From the IMG/VR virus record IMGVR_UViG_3300044796_000330: DNA of 64,000 bases; one strand, 5' to 3'. A model generated the notes under the pieces. It had not been told where the DNA came from. It did not search any database and saw only the letters and a list, made by a program, of their open reading frames with translations. Positions 1 to 12,411 of the stretch are shown piece by piece. A program made the translations under genes and the position numbers. Every line of letters begins with the position of its first letter. The stretch's first letter is position 1. The DNA is from an uncultured virus (IMG/VR IMGVR_UViG_3300044796_000330) (Duplodnaviria; Heunggongvirae; Uroviricota; Caudoviricetes).

Positions 1-2
1 AG

Positions 3-1880
<1,878 letters not shown>

Positions 1881-1914
1881 GGACAACAACTAAATCCCTC
1901 GAATAAAGGGTCGC

Positions 1915-1956
1915 GAGACGGGCAGACACACAATTAGAGTGTGTCGAGCCCGTTTC
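1915..1956 (+). terminator. Hairpin after prkA, probable terminator or stabiliser
   Basis: GAGACGGGC-A-GACACAC / GTGTGTC-GA-GCCCGTTTC inverted repeat. Confidence 0.55.
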
Positions 1957-1970
1957 GTCGCATTTGGGGC

Positions 1971-1999
1971 TTGCGCTTGGCAGAGCGAGTGATTACGTT
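1971..1999 (+). promoter_or_regulatory. sigma70-type promoter
   Basis: TTGCGC-17 nt-TACGTT; shares the TGAT pre -10 context with other copies. Confidence 0.55.
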
Positions 2000-2041
2000 A
2001 ATAGGGACGGACGGGGCTACGTGTGCCATCCGTATGAGACT

Positions 2042-2057
2042 TGGCACGAATGTTGCA
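2042..2057 (+). promoter_or_regulatory. sigma54 (-24/-12) promoter
   Basis: TGGCACG-AATG-TTGCA, exact consensus; predicted +1 is near the ATG at 2068. Confidence 0.65.
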
Positions 2058-2067
2058 AGGGACTTCG

Positions 2068-2541
2068 ATGAATCAGCACCTAATAACTTTGTGCCTCGGC
2101 GGAGGACTGTTTTCCATCCTTGTGTTCATCCACGCCTTTACGGACTTTGTTTGTCAGACTCATTATGAGGCAATGAACAAGCATAATAACGCTGGGATTA
2201 GAGCACAACATTGCCTTGTCTATACGATAGGGTTTGCGCCAATTCTTGGTTGGCTAACTTACATCGGAGCATTGAATGCTTTTGAAGTGTTTGCCTCTGT
2301 TAATATCCTGTATTGGAGTCATTTCTACTTGGACACTTATCATCTTGTGTATTTGTGGGCGCGATACGTTCGTCGTCCGCCCGAAGTATGTGCCAAGAAC
2401 GGAGATGGATATTATCCGAATCCAAAACAAGGATTCGTTCTATTCGTATCAACAACGCTTGGTAAGTTGCTGATGATTTCAATCGATCAAATCAGCCACT
2501 TCTCGTTTCTATTTCCCATCGTATGGATGGCTTTGAACTAA
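2068..2541 (+). CDS. DUF3307-like membrane protein
   Basis: HAFTDFVCQT, HCLVY, SHFYLD, DQISH His/Asp pattern with hydrophobic helices. Confidence 0.7.
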   Translation: MNQHLITLCLGGGLFSILVFIHAFTDFVCQTHYEAMNKHNNAGIRAQHCLVYTIGFAPILGWLTYIGALNAFEVFASVNILYWSHFYLDTYHLVYLWARYVRRPPEVCAKNGDGYYPNPKQGFVLFVSTTLGKLLMISIDQISHFSFLFPIVWMALN

Positions 2542-2555
2542 AAAGGAGTCAAAAG

Positions 2556-2747
2556 ATGAGCAAACAAATGAAGGTTAGCGACTACGAATTCTCGTTTGAG
2601 AATGGCGGATTCAATTGTTGTGCGGCGGACATTTACGACAACCACGATCCTTGCAAGGAAGGAGATGTCCTATCTTGCAGCGAGTGCGGCATTCGGATGA
2701 TTCTGAAAAGAGGCGCCAAGGGAACGCTTGTTTGGATGGCGGTGTGA
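2556..2747 (+). CDS. Small Cys-rich (zinc ribbon) protein
   Basis: CC...CSEC; AGGAG upstream. Confidence 0.5.
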   Translation: MSKQMKVSDYEFSFENGGFNCCAADIYDNHDPCKEGDVLSCSECGIRMILKRGAKGTLVWMAV

Positions 2748-2878
2748 GCTATGCTACAATCATTCTTCTACTCCTTCTGCACGCTACTTTTTGCTTGTGT
2801 TATCATTGCTGCGCTATGCGCATTGTCTTCTCTGTTGCTTAGATTCGTTTCGTTTGTTTGCCGAAAGCTCGGGGTAAA

Positions 2879-3097
2879 GTGATAGTAGTTGGCGACAAAG
2901 TCAGGTTCAGCTTGGCCGCCAAAAGAGCTTACTGTCAAGCATCCAGAGACTATGGTTGGTTCAGCTCACACCTGAGAACGTATATCTCAAGCAAAGGAGT
3001 AGTTGTGGAGGTAAACGTTTACGATTATATTCGAGTGCGTTGGCAAGACGGATATGTATTCACTTACAAGATTTGGGATATGGAACCCGTCAAATAA
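2879..3097 (+). CDS. SH3-like paralog family member
   Basis: GDKVRFS..KRAYC...GVV...VRW...DMEPV; start uncertain. Confidence 0.7.
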   Translation: MIVVGDKVRFSLAAKRAYCQASRDYGWFSSHLRTYISSKGVVVEVNVYDYIRVRWQDGYVFTYKIWDMEPVK

Positions 3098-3375
3098 TGA
3101 AACCAGGCGACAAAGTTAGATTCAGTCTAAAAGGCAAGCGTAAGTTTTGCGCTATGTCGCGATCCGCTGAAGAGGACTGGACTCAGAAAGAATGGGCTTC
3201 TCGGCAACTAAAACGTCACATCAACAATGTTGGTATCGTTATAAGTATGTGTCATAATCCTGATCCGAATAGTCCATATTCGGTATGTGTCCGCTGGCCA
3301 TCAATACGCTCAGAGACAATGTGGTATCTCGTAGAGGAGATCGAGCTTGCAGAATGCACAAACACAACGATATAA
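3097..3375 (+). CDS. SH3-like paralog family member
   Basis: MKPGDKVRFS..KRKFC...VRW...EIEL; TAATG coupling. Confidence 0.75.
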   Translation: MKPGDKVRFSLKGKRKFCAMSRSAEEDWTQKEWASRQLKRHINNVGIVISMCHNPDPNSPYSVCVRWPSIRSETMWYLVEEIELAECTNTTI

Positions 3376-3911
3376 ACCCATTCGCTTCTTCCCTCATATC
3401 GATGGACAAGCGCATATGTCTTTACGAGAAGATGGGAGACCTTACCAACGGCAAGGTGCAAGGATACATCCCCACCAAGTCCGCCATCCATATTCCTTGC
3501 AGGTTCCCGAGAATCAATCACGAGATTGCTCATATTGTGGAGGTTAAGGACTTTACTCGACTCACAAAAATCGATTGGGGGATGCGGATTTTCGGAAGAG
3601 CAAGACGCACCGATCCTCTTTATGTAGCATCGGACAATGGATTTTTCGCAGGAATGGCACGGGAAATTCGTGTGAAGGCTATTGAACGGCGTATGAATGA
3701 TTCTGATGCCTACTCAGCATTTCTCAGCGCAGGATGGCTTTACGATGCTGAGAGAAGATTGCCATTCGGAAAATTCGATACATTCAAAGACCTTTCGGTA
3801 TGGATGATGACGCTATCAGAGCGTGCGTTTAACGATTGGAACAAAGACAGAATTCGTTTCGAGTGGGAAAAGAGACTGCACTACCTTCAAGATTGGATGG
3901 AGACACCGTGA
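3354..3911 (+). CDS. Hypothetical protein with HExxH motif
   Basis: INHEIAH...E; possible zinc metallopeptidase. Confidence 0.5.
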   Translation: MHKHNDINPFASSLISMDKRICLYEKMGDLTNGKVQGYIPTKSAIHIPCRFPRINHEIAHIVEVKDFTRLTKIDWGMRIFGRARRTDPLYVASDNGFFAGMAREIRVKAIERRMNDSDAYSAFLSAGWLYDAERRLPFGKFDTFKDLSVWMMTLSERAFNDWNKDRIRFEWEKRLHYLQDWMETP

Positions 3912-4594
3912 AAAAGACCCCCAAAATTCTCGTAGCAAAGCCCAAAACCATTAAATGGAAGATCAAGCGTGGCGCCGCTGACCCAAATTATGGTAGCAAA
4001 ATCGATTCCAAGATTGGCAAGATGATTCCCCTTGAGCAAATCCCATTTATGGGTGTGGCCGAAATGAGAATGAGAAACGGCTACTATATAACAGAGCACG
4101 GTGCCACAAGCAACGATCAACGTGTCAATGTGATTATCTGTGGATTCAATCGTGGAGTTGTGTTGCTGGGTTTCGATCAGGCAACTGACACAGCATATAT
4201 GGATACTTATGGGTCTTATTTAAACGGTGCGACCAATCTTGTTGATTTAAGCATAAAAGATCTCATTGCCGAAAAATATGTATGGTTTGGGCATCCCGGC
4301 GTCTCTCTCCGTTATCTCGGTCAATATCCGAAGTTCGAGATCAAGCCATACGAAAGGTCTCCATTTATTTTAGCGAGCGAAGTTAGAGCTGGCGATACGA
4401 TTTGTCTGATTCATAAAGGAAAGCAGTCATACATCAATGTCGCCGAAATTGAGGAAGGCGAAGTTGGAGATGATGCTGCCATCTGCCTTCGTGGAGAAGG
4501 GCATTCTCCTTGTTCTTCCGGCATTATAGTGTTCGATAAATTCAATGTGAAGGCTGACACACGAGTTGTTCTCGTTGATAGAACAGGAGAATAA
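3908..4594 (+). CDS. Hypothetical protein (paralog family 2 C-terminal domain)
   Basis: Ends EIEEGE..ICLRG...VVLVDR, similar to 4600 and 23002 ORFs. Confidence 0.65.
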   Translation: MKKTPKILVAKPKTIKWKIKRGAADPNYGSKIDSKIGKMIPLEQIPFMGVAEMRMRNGYYITEHGATSNDQRVNVIICGFNRGVVLLGFDQATDTAYMDTYGSYLNGATNLVDLSIKDLIAEKYVWFGHPGVSLRYLGQYPKFEIKPYERSPFILASEVRAGDTICLIHKGKQSYINVAEIEEGEVGDDAAICLRGEGHSPCSSGIIVFDKFNVKADTRVVLVDRTGE

Positions 4595-4599
4595 TCACA

Positions 4600-4857
4600 A
4601 TGAGCCTGTCTGAATTGTTTGCGGCTGCGAGGGAAGTTGATTGTCATAATCCCATTGATCGATCTCGCTCGAAAGATCCGGTGTATGATAAGCCAGATCT
4701 TGTAGAAGAGAGCGAATCGGCGGGAGAAGGGTCTATTTGTTTGCGTGGAAGTATTCATATCCATTTTGGCAACGAGTTCGCAACCCTCGAAAGCATTGAT
4801 GTGAAGTCGAATGCGCCGGTTATCCTGATTGACAGACACGAAGAAGGAGAAAGCTGA
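4600..4857 (+). CDS. Hypothetical protein (paralog family 2)
   Basis: EESES..ICLRG...VILIDR. Confidence 0.6.
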   Translation: MSLSELFAAAREVDCHNPIDRSRSKDPVYDKPDLVEESESAGEGSICLRGSIHIHFGNEFATLESIDVKSNAPVILIDRHEEGES

Positions 4858-5368
4858 CAATGGATAAGGATGAAACAATCTCTATCACAATCAAGGACGA
4901 TGAGTGGGACGCCACTACACAAAGCGGCTCCCTAAAAGAACTTGCCTACCGAGGCAGCCTAACCTGTAAGTATAACCCAGATGTTCGCCGTGTTCAGCTT
5001 GTGCGGAAAAGCGACGGGAAGGCAGTTGTCGTATGGCAACAAGTGTAAAGGATAAGGTTGAAGTTGTTGTAATGGTTGTCTTTATGGTGGCCGTTGTTGT
5101 TGTGGCGGGAACTTGGTTTACTCGAGATCATAACGGTCCTGAAGTGGATTCGGTCTATTACCTACTGTTGGGGAACTGAAAGCTATGGCATCGAACAAAT
5201 CGTTCAATAACCGCTCTGTCTTCTCTGCTAATATGAGGAAGAAAGAACTACCCATATTCGCTAACATTGTTCATTGTCATATTACTAAGCACGGCTGTGG
5301 CAACACTTGCTGTTGTTTGTGCTTCTCGTGTTCTTTCATCAAAGCATCAAAGTTAGGGAGAGTGTAGT

Positions 5369-5569
5369 ATGCAGACCTACAAAGTCAAAGTCGTCCGCAC
5401 CATCATCCAAGAGCGCGAGGTCGAGGTATTGGCAGATAGCCCACTGAGCGCCCAATACAAGGCCGTGGATGCGTCCGAGCACGAGAAGCTGGATTGGCGC
5501 CTGCGCGAAGCAACTATCGGTGTCGAGGCGTTTGAACCCGTGGGCGCTAATCTAAGGCTTGTGTCGTGA
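5369..5569 (+). CDS. Small hypothetical phage protein
   Basis: YKVKVVRT...VEVLADS..SA..KA; GGAG upstream. Confidence 0.6.
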   Translation: MQTYKVKVVRTIIQEREVEVLADSPLSAQYKAVDASEHEKLDWRLREATIGVEAFEPVGANLRLVS

Positions 5570-6456
5570 TTGACACATCGATACAGACACCTAACCGAAG
5601 AGTTAGAATGGCTCTCTCATATAGAAGATTGCTTTGCAACAATGGTAATCCATCCGAGAACTCAGTTCGCTGGATGCGTGTTCTGAAGGCTAATGGTTTT
5701 AGAGGAACTGTTGTGTCCTATAAGTATTTGAGACTTGTCTGTGTCGAGTGGGATGGTATCGTTCCAAATTGGGGCAGTGGATGGGTTCACTATGACTATG
5801 AGCTTTTTGACCTATGAAACCCGGCGATAAAGTCAAGATGTCAGTGAAGTGTTTGCGGTTTTGTTGCAGGCATAGGCTCTACGGTTTCTTGCAGGAACAT
5901 AAATCACTCGTTGGTGAAGTCGTCTGTTTGCTCCCAGAAAATCAAGCACTTGTTAGATGGGGCGATAGAACGCCAGGCGCATGGCATCAATATGAGCTAA
6001 CGGTAGTAGAATGAAGTTAAACGATAAAGTAAGACTGAACTTTGTAGGAAGACAAGCATATTGCAGGTTTTCTCGCGAACACTCTATTCAATATTACCGA
6101 ACCTATTTTGCCGCATACATCGAGTATTTCTTTCTTGAAGGCTATGTTGATAGCATTCGTGGAAATCTCGCGTTTGTGCGATACCCACACTGCAAACACT
6201 ATCCATTGATACCACAAAAATACTTGGAGCTTGTGTCGCAATGAAAATCGGTGATGAGGTCAAACTCACAATTGACGCTCAGAAGAAACTCTGCAATGGT
6301 AAGGCTTGGGAGAGGGAATACTTGCAGAGAGTAAAGAATTGCACGGGCGTTGTTGTGGGCTTTGGAATTGCGTCCTCGCTCCATAAAGTTCTTTGGTTTG
6401 GAGCATCGTTCGATGTTTTGCATCACGAGAGAGAACTTCGGAAAGTATCATCGTGA
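5566..6456 (+). CDS. Four tandem SH3-like paralogs (5566-5817, 5814-6014, 6011-6244, 6241-6456)
   Basis: Each has (G)DxVx(L/M)....(R/K)..C...G.V....V.W/Y......EL; ATGA/GTGA overlaps. Confidence 0.75.
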
Positions 6457-6514
6457 AGGTTGTAGTGATAATCGATACCACGAATGGCCACGAATGGGAG
6501 CCAACAGTCATTAA

Positions 6515-6781
6515 ATGAGCATCTTTCACACCAAAGAGTGGCGCTTTGTTATCCAAGGCTTTGTCCTTGAACCAAAGGAACTCAATAGCCTTCGTTCGGC
6601 AATCGATAAGCTCGAAGCCGAAGTCTATCGCAAAAAGATTAGGCCAATCAAGTCGGACAACGATTACATTGCGGTTCAGGTCGAGCTTGAAAGTCTTTGG
6701 GGAAAAGATATGACCGAAGAGCAAGCCGATAGATTCTTTGTTCTTAACACGCTAGCGAATGAATATAGGAGAGCACATTGA
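6515..6781 (+). CDS. Hypothetical protein
   Basis: ORF coupled to the next gene. Confidence 0.55.
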   Translation: MSIFHTKEWRFVIQGFVLEPKELNSLRSAIDKLEAEVYRKKIRPIKSDNDYIAVQVELESLWGKDMTEEQADRFFVLNTLANEYRRAH

Positions 6782-7224
6782 AGAACGCATACACAACATT
6801 AGACAATTGCGATGTCGATGACACTGTGGCGATTTTTGTCAATGCAAATGGACAGATCCGCAGTGCAGCAGAGATCGGTAAAAACGAACAAGGATATACG
6901 GCATATCGAGCAACAGTTGTTGCAAAACCAACAACAAATTATGGGGATAACATTTTGGCTGGCATTACCTGGGATATCCCTCACGGGTGGTTCTGGGGCA
7001 GATCAGAAACCATTGACAGGAGTTTTGAGTCATATGGAATTGTTGCTAAGAGGGGAGAATACAACATCTCCAAGCGAAACAACGCCTTCAGATCATACTT
7101 TTGGTTTTGGCATTCGACAAGCGTTATGTTAATCAAGAACCCTCCGCTCACAAGACGCATTAAAGATAGCCAATATATCCTGGCCACTGACATACTCCGC
7201 AAGCTAAAGCATTGCGGGTTCTAA
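6778..7224 (+). pseudogene. Hypothetical gene interrupted by the IS605-type element
   Basis: Last codons lie inside the IS right end; a family-2-like tail (..LNLFG...FLLINREE) resumes at about 8764-8892. Confidence 0.5.
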
Positions 7225-8253
7225 AGTTTCAAAGAGAGTCTTACGAGCCTTTTCCTTGAATTGCTTTATAGGCGTATCAGTGCTGCCATTCTCGACGATC
7301 TTTTTCTCGTCTCGATAGATATTCGATGATCGTGCGATATTGAATGCCGCATTTACATCTGCGTGGTCGAGATGACCACAACTTTCACAATGAAACTTCT
7401 TCCCGTTTCTTTTTCCTCTCTCGTGGCACCTGGAACAATCTTGAGAAGTATATTCTGGTGAGATGTAGATAACCTGAATGCCGAGCAGCTTGGCTTTATA
7501 CTCAATCAGTTGTTGTAGCTGATAGAATGACCAACTGTGCAAAGCGCGTCTAAAAGACCTCTTCTGTTTTCTATTCTCTCTTATTCCAGTAAGCTTCTCT
7601 AACTTGATTCCTGTGCCAGTTTCTTTTGCAAGATTGACTATAAACCTGCTAATCCTATGGTTTAGGTTTCTGACTTTCCTGCTTTCCGAATCTCTTACCT
7701 CCTTGAGTTTTCTGTAGCGTTTTTGTTCCTGAAATATTGCTCGTAATCGTGCGTATTTGGTGTGTATCTTCTCGGCTTCTGCGCCGAGCTTGTATACCTT
7801 TCCTGTGGCTGGATTAGCGACAACCGCGCAGTGCCCGGTAGTATTTAGATCGACGCCTATGAACGATGTTGCTACGGTCTCTGGTTGTTCCAACACGGTG
7901 AACGATACATATGCGTAGGTGTCATCGAGTTCGATCTGATTCACCTCGGTGATATTGTAATGGCTCTCATTTAGCAGATCGAGTTTTATAGGTGTCAAAT
8001 GCAAGTTGTTTCCAACTACTTTGATGCACCTTCCCGGTAGGATCAAATTTACCGAATGAACCTCTTTGATTGTCTTGTTTCTGCCATATTTGCGCAAGAT
8101 CTGGTTTGATATCTCGGATTTGAGCCCAATGTGTTTTACATACTTGGTGGACAATTTGTCCTTGTTGCGTATCGCGTATTCTGCTATATGTTTCGCTTTG
8201 ACAAGATCGTGCGAAAAATCTCGATTGTGCTTGATTTTGATGGTGAGGATCAT
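7204..8253 (-). CDS. tnpB: TnpB RNA-guided endonuclease
   Basis: RuvC I GVDLN, RuvC II LEKL, YTSQDCSRC..CESC zinc finger, RuvC III HADVNAAFNI. Confidence 0.95.
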   Translation of the reverse strand: MILTIKIKHNRDFSHDLVKAKHIAEYAIRNKDKLSTKYVKHIGLKSEISNQILRKYGRNKTIKEVHSVNLILPGRCIKVVGNNLHLTPIKLDLLNESHYNITEVNQIELDDTYAYVSFTVLEQPETVATSFIGVDLNTTGHCAVVANPATGKVYKLGAEAEKIHTKYARLRAIFQEQKRYRKLKEVRDSESRKVRNLNHRISRFIVNLAKETGTGIKLEKLTGIRENRKQKRSFRRALHSWSFYQLQQLIEYKAKLLGIQVIYISPEYTSQDCSRCHERGKRNGKKFHCESCGHLDHADVNAAFNIARSSNIYRDEKKIVENGSTDTPIKQFKEKARKTLFETLEPAML

Positions 8254-8663
8254 ATGTTTTTCTGATCCTCTATGTATCTTTTGACTGTTTCAAGGCTAAC
8301 AGACCCAACCGTTGAGATAAAATTCGAATGAGTCCATAAACACGGAAGTCTCTTTTTTAGAGAAGGAAATTCTTTTCGAAGCTGCGAGGAGAGAAAGCCC
8401 TTTATTTTGCTCACCACTGGATAGACGCCAACCTTTGGACTCACATCCAACAATAAATGGATATGGTCTGGCATAACTTCTTGCTCTATAACAGTGAATT
8501 TGTATTCATCTTGTTTTGACAGGATGAGTTCTTTGGCTCTTGTGTCTATACCATCGGTTAGAACCTTTCTGCGATATTTTGGACAGAATATGATGTGGTA
8601 TTGACAGCTATATATTAGCCTTGTATCTGACTTATATTGCTTCTGATAGTTTGCCACTTCCAT
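8250..8663 (-). CDS. tnpA: IS200/IS605 HUH (Y1) transposase
   Basis: YHIIFCPKYRR, MPDHIHLL, LWT, YIEDQ. Confidence 0.95.
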   Translation of the reverse strand: MEVANYQKQYKSDTRLIYSCQYHIIFCPKYRRKVLTDGIDTRAKELILSKQDEYKFTVIEQEVMPDHIHLLLDVSPKVGVYPVVSKIKGFLSSQLRKEFPSLKKRLPCLWTHSNFISTVGSVSLETVKRYIEDQKNI

Positions 8664-8891
8664 ACTACTATACCATAGTATGCCTTGCTAAACGAAAATT
8701 CATCCACAAGTTGAAACATTGTGGCTTCCTTTTCGGAGATCCGTGATGTAGAGGAAGGCGAACAAGGAGAAGAGACTACTTTGAATCTTTTCGGCGTAGT
8801 CTATCGAGATCGCACTCCGCCTAAGCACGATCCAAAAGGCATAAAGTTTCCGATTGGTAGAAGGTTTCTTCTGATCAACAGAGAAGAATGA

Positions 8892-9398
8892 ATGGAGCTT
8901 TGGATCATCACCGGCAAACGTGAAGACGGATCTGTCTCAGATCTGTTCTCCACAATTACTCGAACTCGGGCAAAAGAGTTCGTAAAGAACCTGCGTGCTC
9001 TCACCAAATTCAATTCAGTCTTTGAACGAAAGCTTATGGATGAGTTTGTGGTGGCTTACTACGCAAATAATCCTCACTCGTCCGCCCCATCGAAGCCGGA
9101 ACCTAACGAGGAGTTTGCGGCTCTGAGTAAGCTTATTTCCACAAAGCAAGCAACAACCGAGGATAAGAAACGGTTTCGTTGGGTTCAAGCCGCTCATATT
9201 CAGAATATCGAGGCTTGGAAAAAGAAGTTTGTGCTCTTCGCAAGACTATCAACAGAGTATGAAAGCGCTTATAAACAAGCCGAAAAGTGGTGGAGAGATA
9301 AGCATTACAGACTATCGGATGCTTTTATGGAGATGGTTCCATACTGGCGCAAAGAATTTGTTGAGTATGATTGCAAGAGGATTGGTGTGCTCGAATGA
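8892..9398 (+). CDS. Hypothetical protein
   Basis: 168 aa ORF coupled to the downstream array. Confidence 0.6.
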   Translation: MELWIITGKREDGSVSDLFSTITRTRAKEFVKNLRALTKFNSVFERKLMDEFVVAYYANNPHSSAPSKPEPNEEFAALSKLISTKQATTEDKKRFRWVQAAHIQNIEAWKKKFVLFARLSTEYESAYKQAEKWWRDKHYRLSDAFMEMVPYWRKEFVEYDCKRIGVLE

Positions 9399-12023
9399 AA
9401 GTCGGAGACAGAGTAAGGTTCTCCATTCGATGGAGAAGGACATTGTGTTGGAATAGTAGGAGGAGTAAAACCTATCGTGATGAGCTTATGCAATACGGCA
9501 ATATGTGCGGAACAATTGTTAGCCAGAAAATGAATACCGACTCGTGGTTTGTCAAATGGGATAATGACTACGAAGAACAGGACTCATATCACGAGAGCAA
9601 GCTAACCAAGGTTGGCGTTGAACAATGCGAGTAGGAGATAGAGTCCGCTTCTCTTTGAAATACAAGAGGAATATATGTGGTGCAACAAGAGGAGTGTCTA
9701 ACTCAAATATTCGGTGGAGAGTAAGCACCCACGCTCCTTACGTGAATAGCGTTGGGGTGATAGAGATCGTCCATTATGACGCATCCATTACTGTTCGTTG
9801 GAATGATGGCAAAAGCACTGGACACGATAACGAGGAAGAGTTGGTGTTAGTATGAATGTAGGCGACAAAGTAAAACTCAGCAATCAATACAGAAGAATTC
9901 TTTGCAGGGGAGACGATTATTATCGCAACTATCTTCGTATATACGGCGGTTTGATCGGAGAGGTAGTGAAAATAAAACCATCGCCAATAAAGTCAAGATG
10001 ACTTCTTCTTGGAAGCGAGAGGTTTGTCGAAACAGAAAAGGTGATAGGGAATACAATGCAATTACCGTTTCGCAATACGGTAATTGCACTGGCAAGATTG
10101 TAAGTAGTAAAAAGGATTATACCCGTGATAGACAATCTATTTGCGTTATGTGGGATGTGCGGGATGAAACAAAGTCCAACAGTATAAGACTTCACTATGC
10201 GGAAGAACTGGAAGTAGTGGAATGACCGAAGACCAATTGAAAATAGGATTGAAAGTTAGAATGGCAATGTCGTGGAAACGAGATGTTTGTCGCTCAACCA
10301 ATAAGACCGGCAGCAATTGGGATATGAAATACAAAAAAGAGACTGTTAGACATTACGCAAATCGAGAGGGACAGGTTATCGCATACTCTACAACAACCAC
10401 AGGTATCAAATTGATCAAAGTTATGTGGGGAGAGGGAGGATATGCCAATCCAACATATCACTATGCGCAAGAATTGGATGTGGTGCCGGAATGAAGATTG
10501 AGGAAGTAAAGACTGGTCTAAAAGTTAGGATGACCAAAGAGTGGAAAAAGAAGATATGCCGTAGTAATGGTTTGTCTGATCGTGATGTGGCATACAATAG
10601 ATATACGATTCAAAATTACGGCAACTGCATTGGAACTATTCGAGAATACGACGGTAAATCGATTATGATCGATGTGAGATGGGGCGAGGGGATGACTTAC
10701 TCTATGAGAATACATTATGCCGAAGAGTTGGAGATCGTGTCGAAATGTTAAAGCCAGAGGACATAAAGATCGGCGCCAAGGTAAAGATGTCATTCTCTTT
10801 TAAGAAGGGAACATGCCAACAAAAATACCACGGATACAATCATCAGGCCGTTGAGAAGTATGGATTCTGTGTTGGACACATAAAACGAATCGTTGGTGAA
10901 GGTGTAAGAGGTGAAGGTGTAAGAACACTTATGTATATTGCATGGGATAGCAATGAGATGTGGGGAGATACTAACCTCACTGAAACAAAGCACTTCGAGA
11001 ATGAGCTGGATTTGGTAGAATAGAGATGATCGATACAGACAGCATAAATACCGACGCTCGTGTAAAGATGAGCACCGAGTTTAAGAAACGAGTATGCCGT
11101 GGCAGGCACATAGACAATAATTATGAAGCTGACAAGAGAGCCGTACAGCTTTTCGGAGAATGCATAGGGACTATTATTAGAAGCAGTCTAAGAGACTTAA
11201 TCACTGTTGCGTGGGATGTTGTCGGTAGGAATATATCTACTCACTATCCGGATGAACTGGACTTGGTGGAACAATGATCACGATAGAAGACGTAAGGCGT
11301 AGGGCAAGAGTTAGGTTCAGCTTATCTTTTAGGAGGGAACTGTGTCGTAGTGGCCAGCATAAGTATCTTATTCAGTGTGGTGATAAGATTGGAGCTTCTT
11401 CTCTTTACAATGATAATGTTGCGCGGATTAGCTGGGGCGACGACGTATCACAAGCTACGAGCTACCACTATTTCAAAGACTTGGAGGCAGTAGATTGATA
11501 TGATTACTATGGAAGAGATATCAAGACAAGGCACCAGAGTAAGACTTAGTGCCGCATGCAAGAGAGAACTGTGTCGTGGTAATGACAATCAACGCAGGTT
11601 GCTTATTGATATCAAAGATAGAGTATCGGTTGAGGCGGGACTCTATGCCAACACCATAGGATGGGCCAAATGGGATGTTCTCGGTCCCAGGCTATATTTC
11701 TTGTTGGATGATTTGGAGATAGTGGAACCGTGATTGACATCAAAGATGCGTCTCTTGGCAGACTGGTGAAGATGAGTAATTCGTATAGGAGAGGTTTGTG
11801 TCAAGGAAGATATGGCGATTTCTCAAGAGAGAGGATTCTAAATGCGTTTGGGAATCAGGTTGGTGAAGTTATTGGCTTTGCAAGAGACGGAGAACAATAT
11901 GGTAATAGGTTATACGGAATTGCGGATGGAATTATGGTTGTAAGGTGGAGTAAGGTGGGGGTTGCTGGCGGTGGTTATTCAGAGTGGTATTCACATGTGG
12001 ATCATATGCTTGATTGGGCTTAA
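9395..12023 (+). CDS. Tandem array of 11 SH3-like paralogs (starts 9395, 9625, 9852 truncated, ~9998, 10222, 10491, 10745, 11026, 11274, 11500, 11730)
   Basis: Shared G.(K/R)V(R/K)(F/M/L)S..(W/F/Y)(K/R)R..C(R)...Y/FG...G.I.....V.W......H(Y)..EL..V pattern; overlapping or adjacent stop/start codons. Confidence 0.85.
10895..10924 (+). repeat. 15-nt in-frame tandem duplication (GEGVR x2)
   Basis: GGTGAAGGTGTAAGA twice. Confidence 0.9.
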
Positions 12024-12315
12024 AAAATGAACCATCCATATCGCACAATGTATATTACCAACGCTGCCACGCCTCCTAAAAGGAGGAGGTCTTTGGCGAA
12101 AACTATTGTGTGGAAATGGATGATTTTGTTTCGTGGGAAATGGCGAGATCGCTATGGTAGGTGTAGGTTCTGCGGTTATGTTTTCCCCGCACTTGAATAT
12201 AAGACTTGGATGGGCACAGGAACAAAGGGGCCTGGGCACTATGTCTTTCGTGGAACAAAAAGAATGAGGTATCGATGTATTGGTAAGGATCGTGCAGGCG
12301 ATTTTGGCGGTTGGT

Positions 12316-12331
12316 AGCAAGGATCGTGCCA
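12316..12331 (-). promoter_or_regulatory. sigma54 site on minus strand, back-to-back with the yeaH promoter
   Basis: Reverse complement reads TGGCACG-ATCC-TTGCT. Confidence 0.55.
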
Positions 12332-12333
12332 GC

Positions 12334-12362
12334 TTGACATTGAGAGATCGAATGCGTAGATT
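12334..12362 (+). promoter_or_regulatory. sigma70-type promoter for yeaH
   Basis: TTGACA-17 nt-TAGATT. Confidence 0.7.
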
Positions 12363-12411
12363 AGAAGGGTGAGCTTCTCGGAGGCGTTAGGCGCCAATAA
12401 GGAAAAGACCA

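Larger units (their letters stand above)
7188..8743 (-). mobile_element. IS200/IS605 family element (tnpA + tnpB, same orientation)
   Basis: Matching subterminal hairpins CCGCAA-GCTAAAGCA-TTGCGG (7197-7217) and CCACAA-GTTGAAACA-TTGTGG (8704-8724); minus-strand end ...GAGTATGTCA; left end approximate. Confidence 0.85.

Noticed and set aside
9395..12023. Diversity-generating retroelement or integron cassette array
   Set aside because: No reverse transcriptase, template/variable repeat pair, attC-like sites or integrase. Genes overlap directly.
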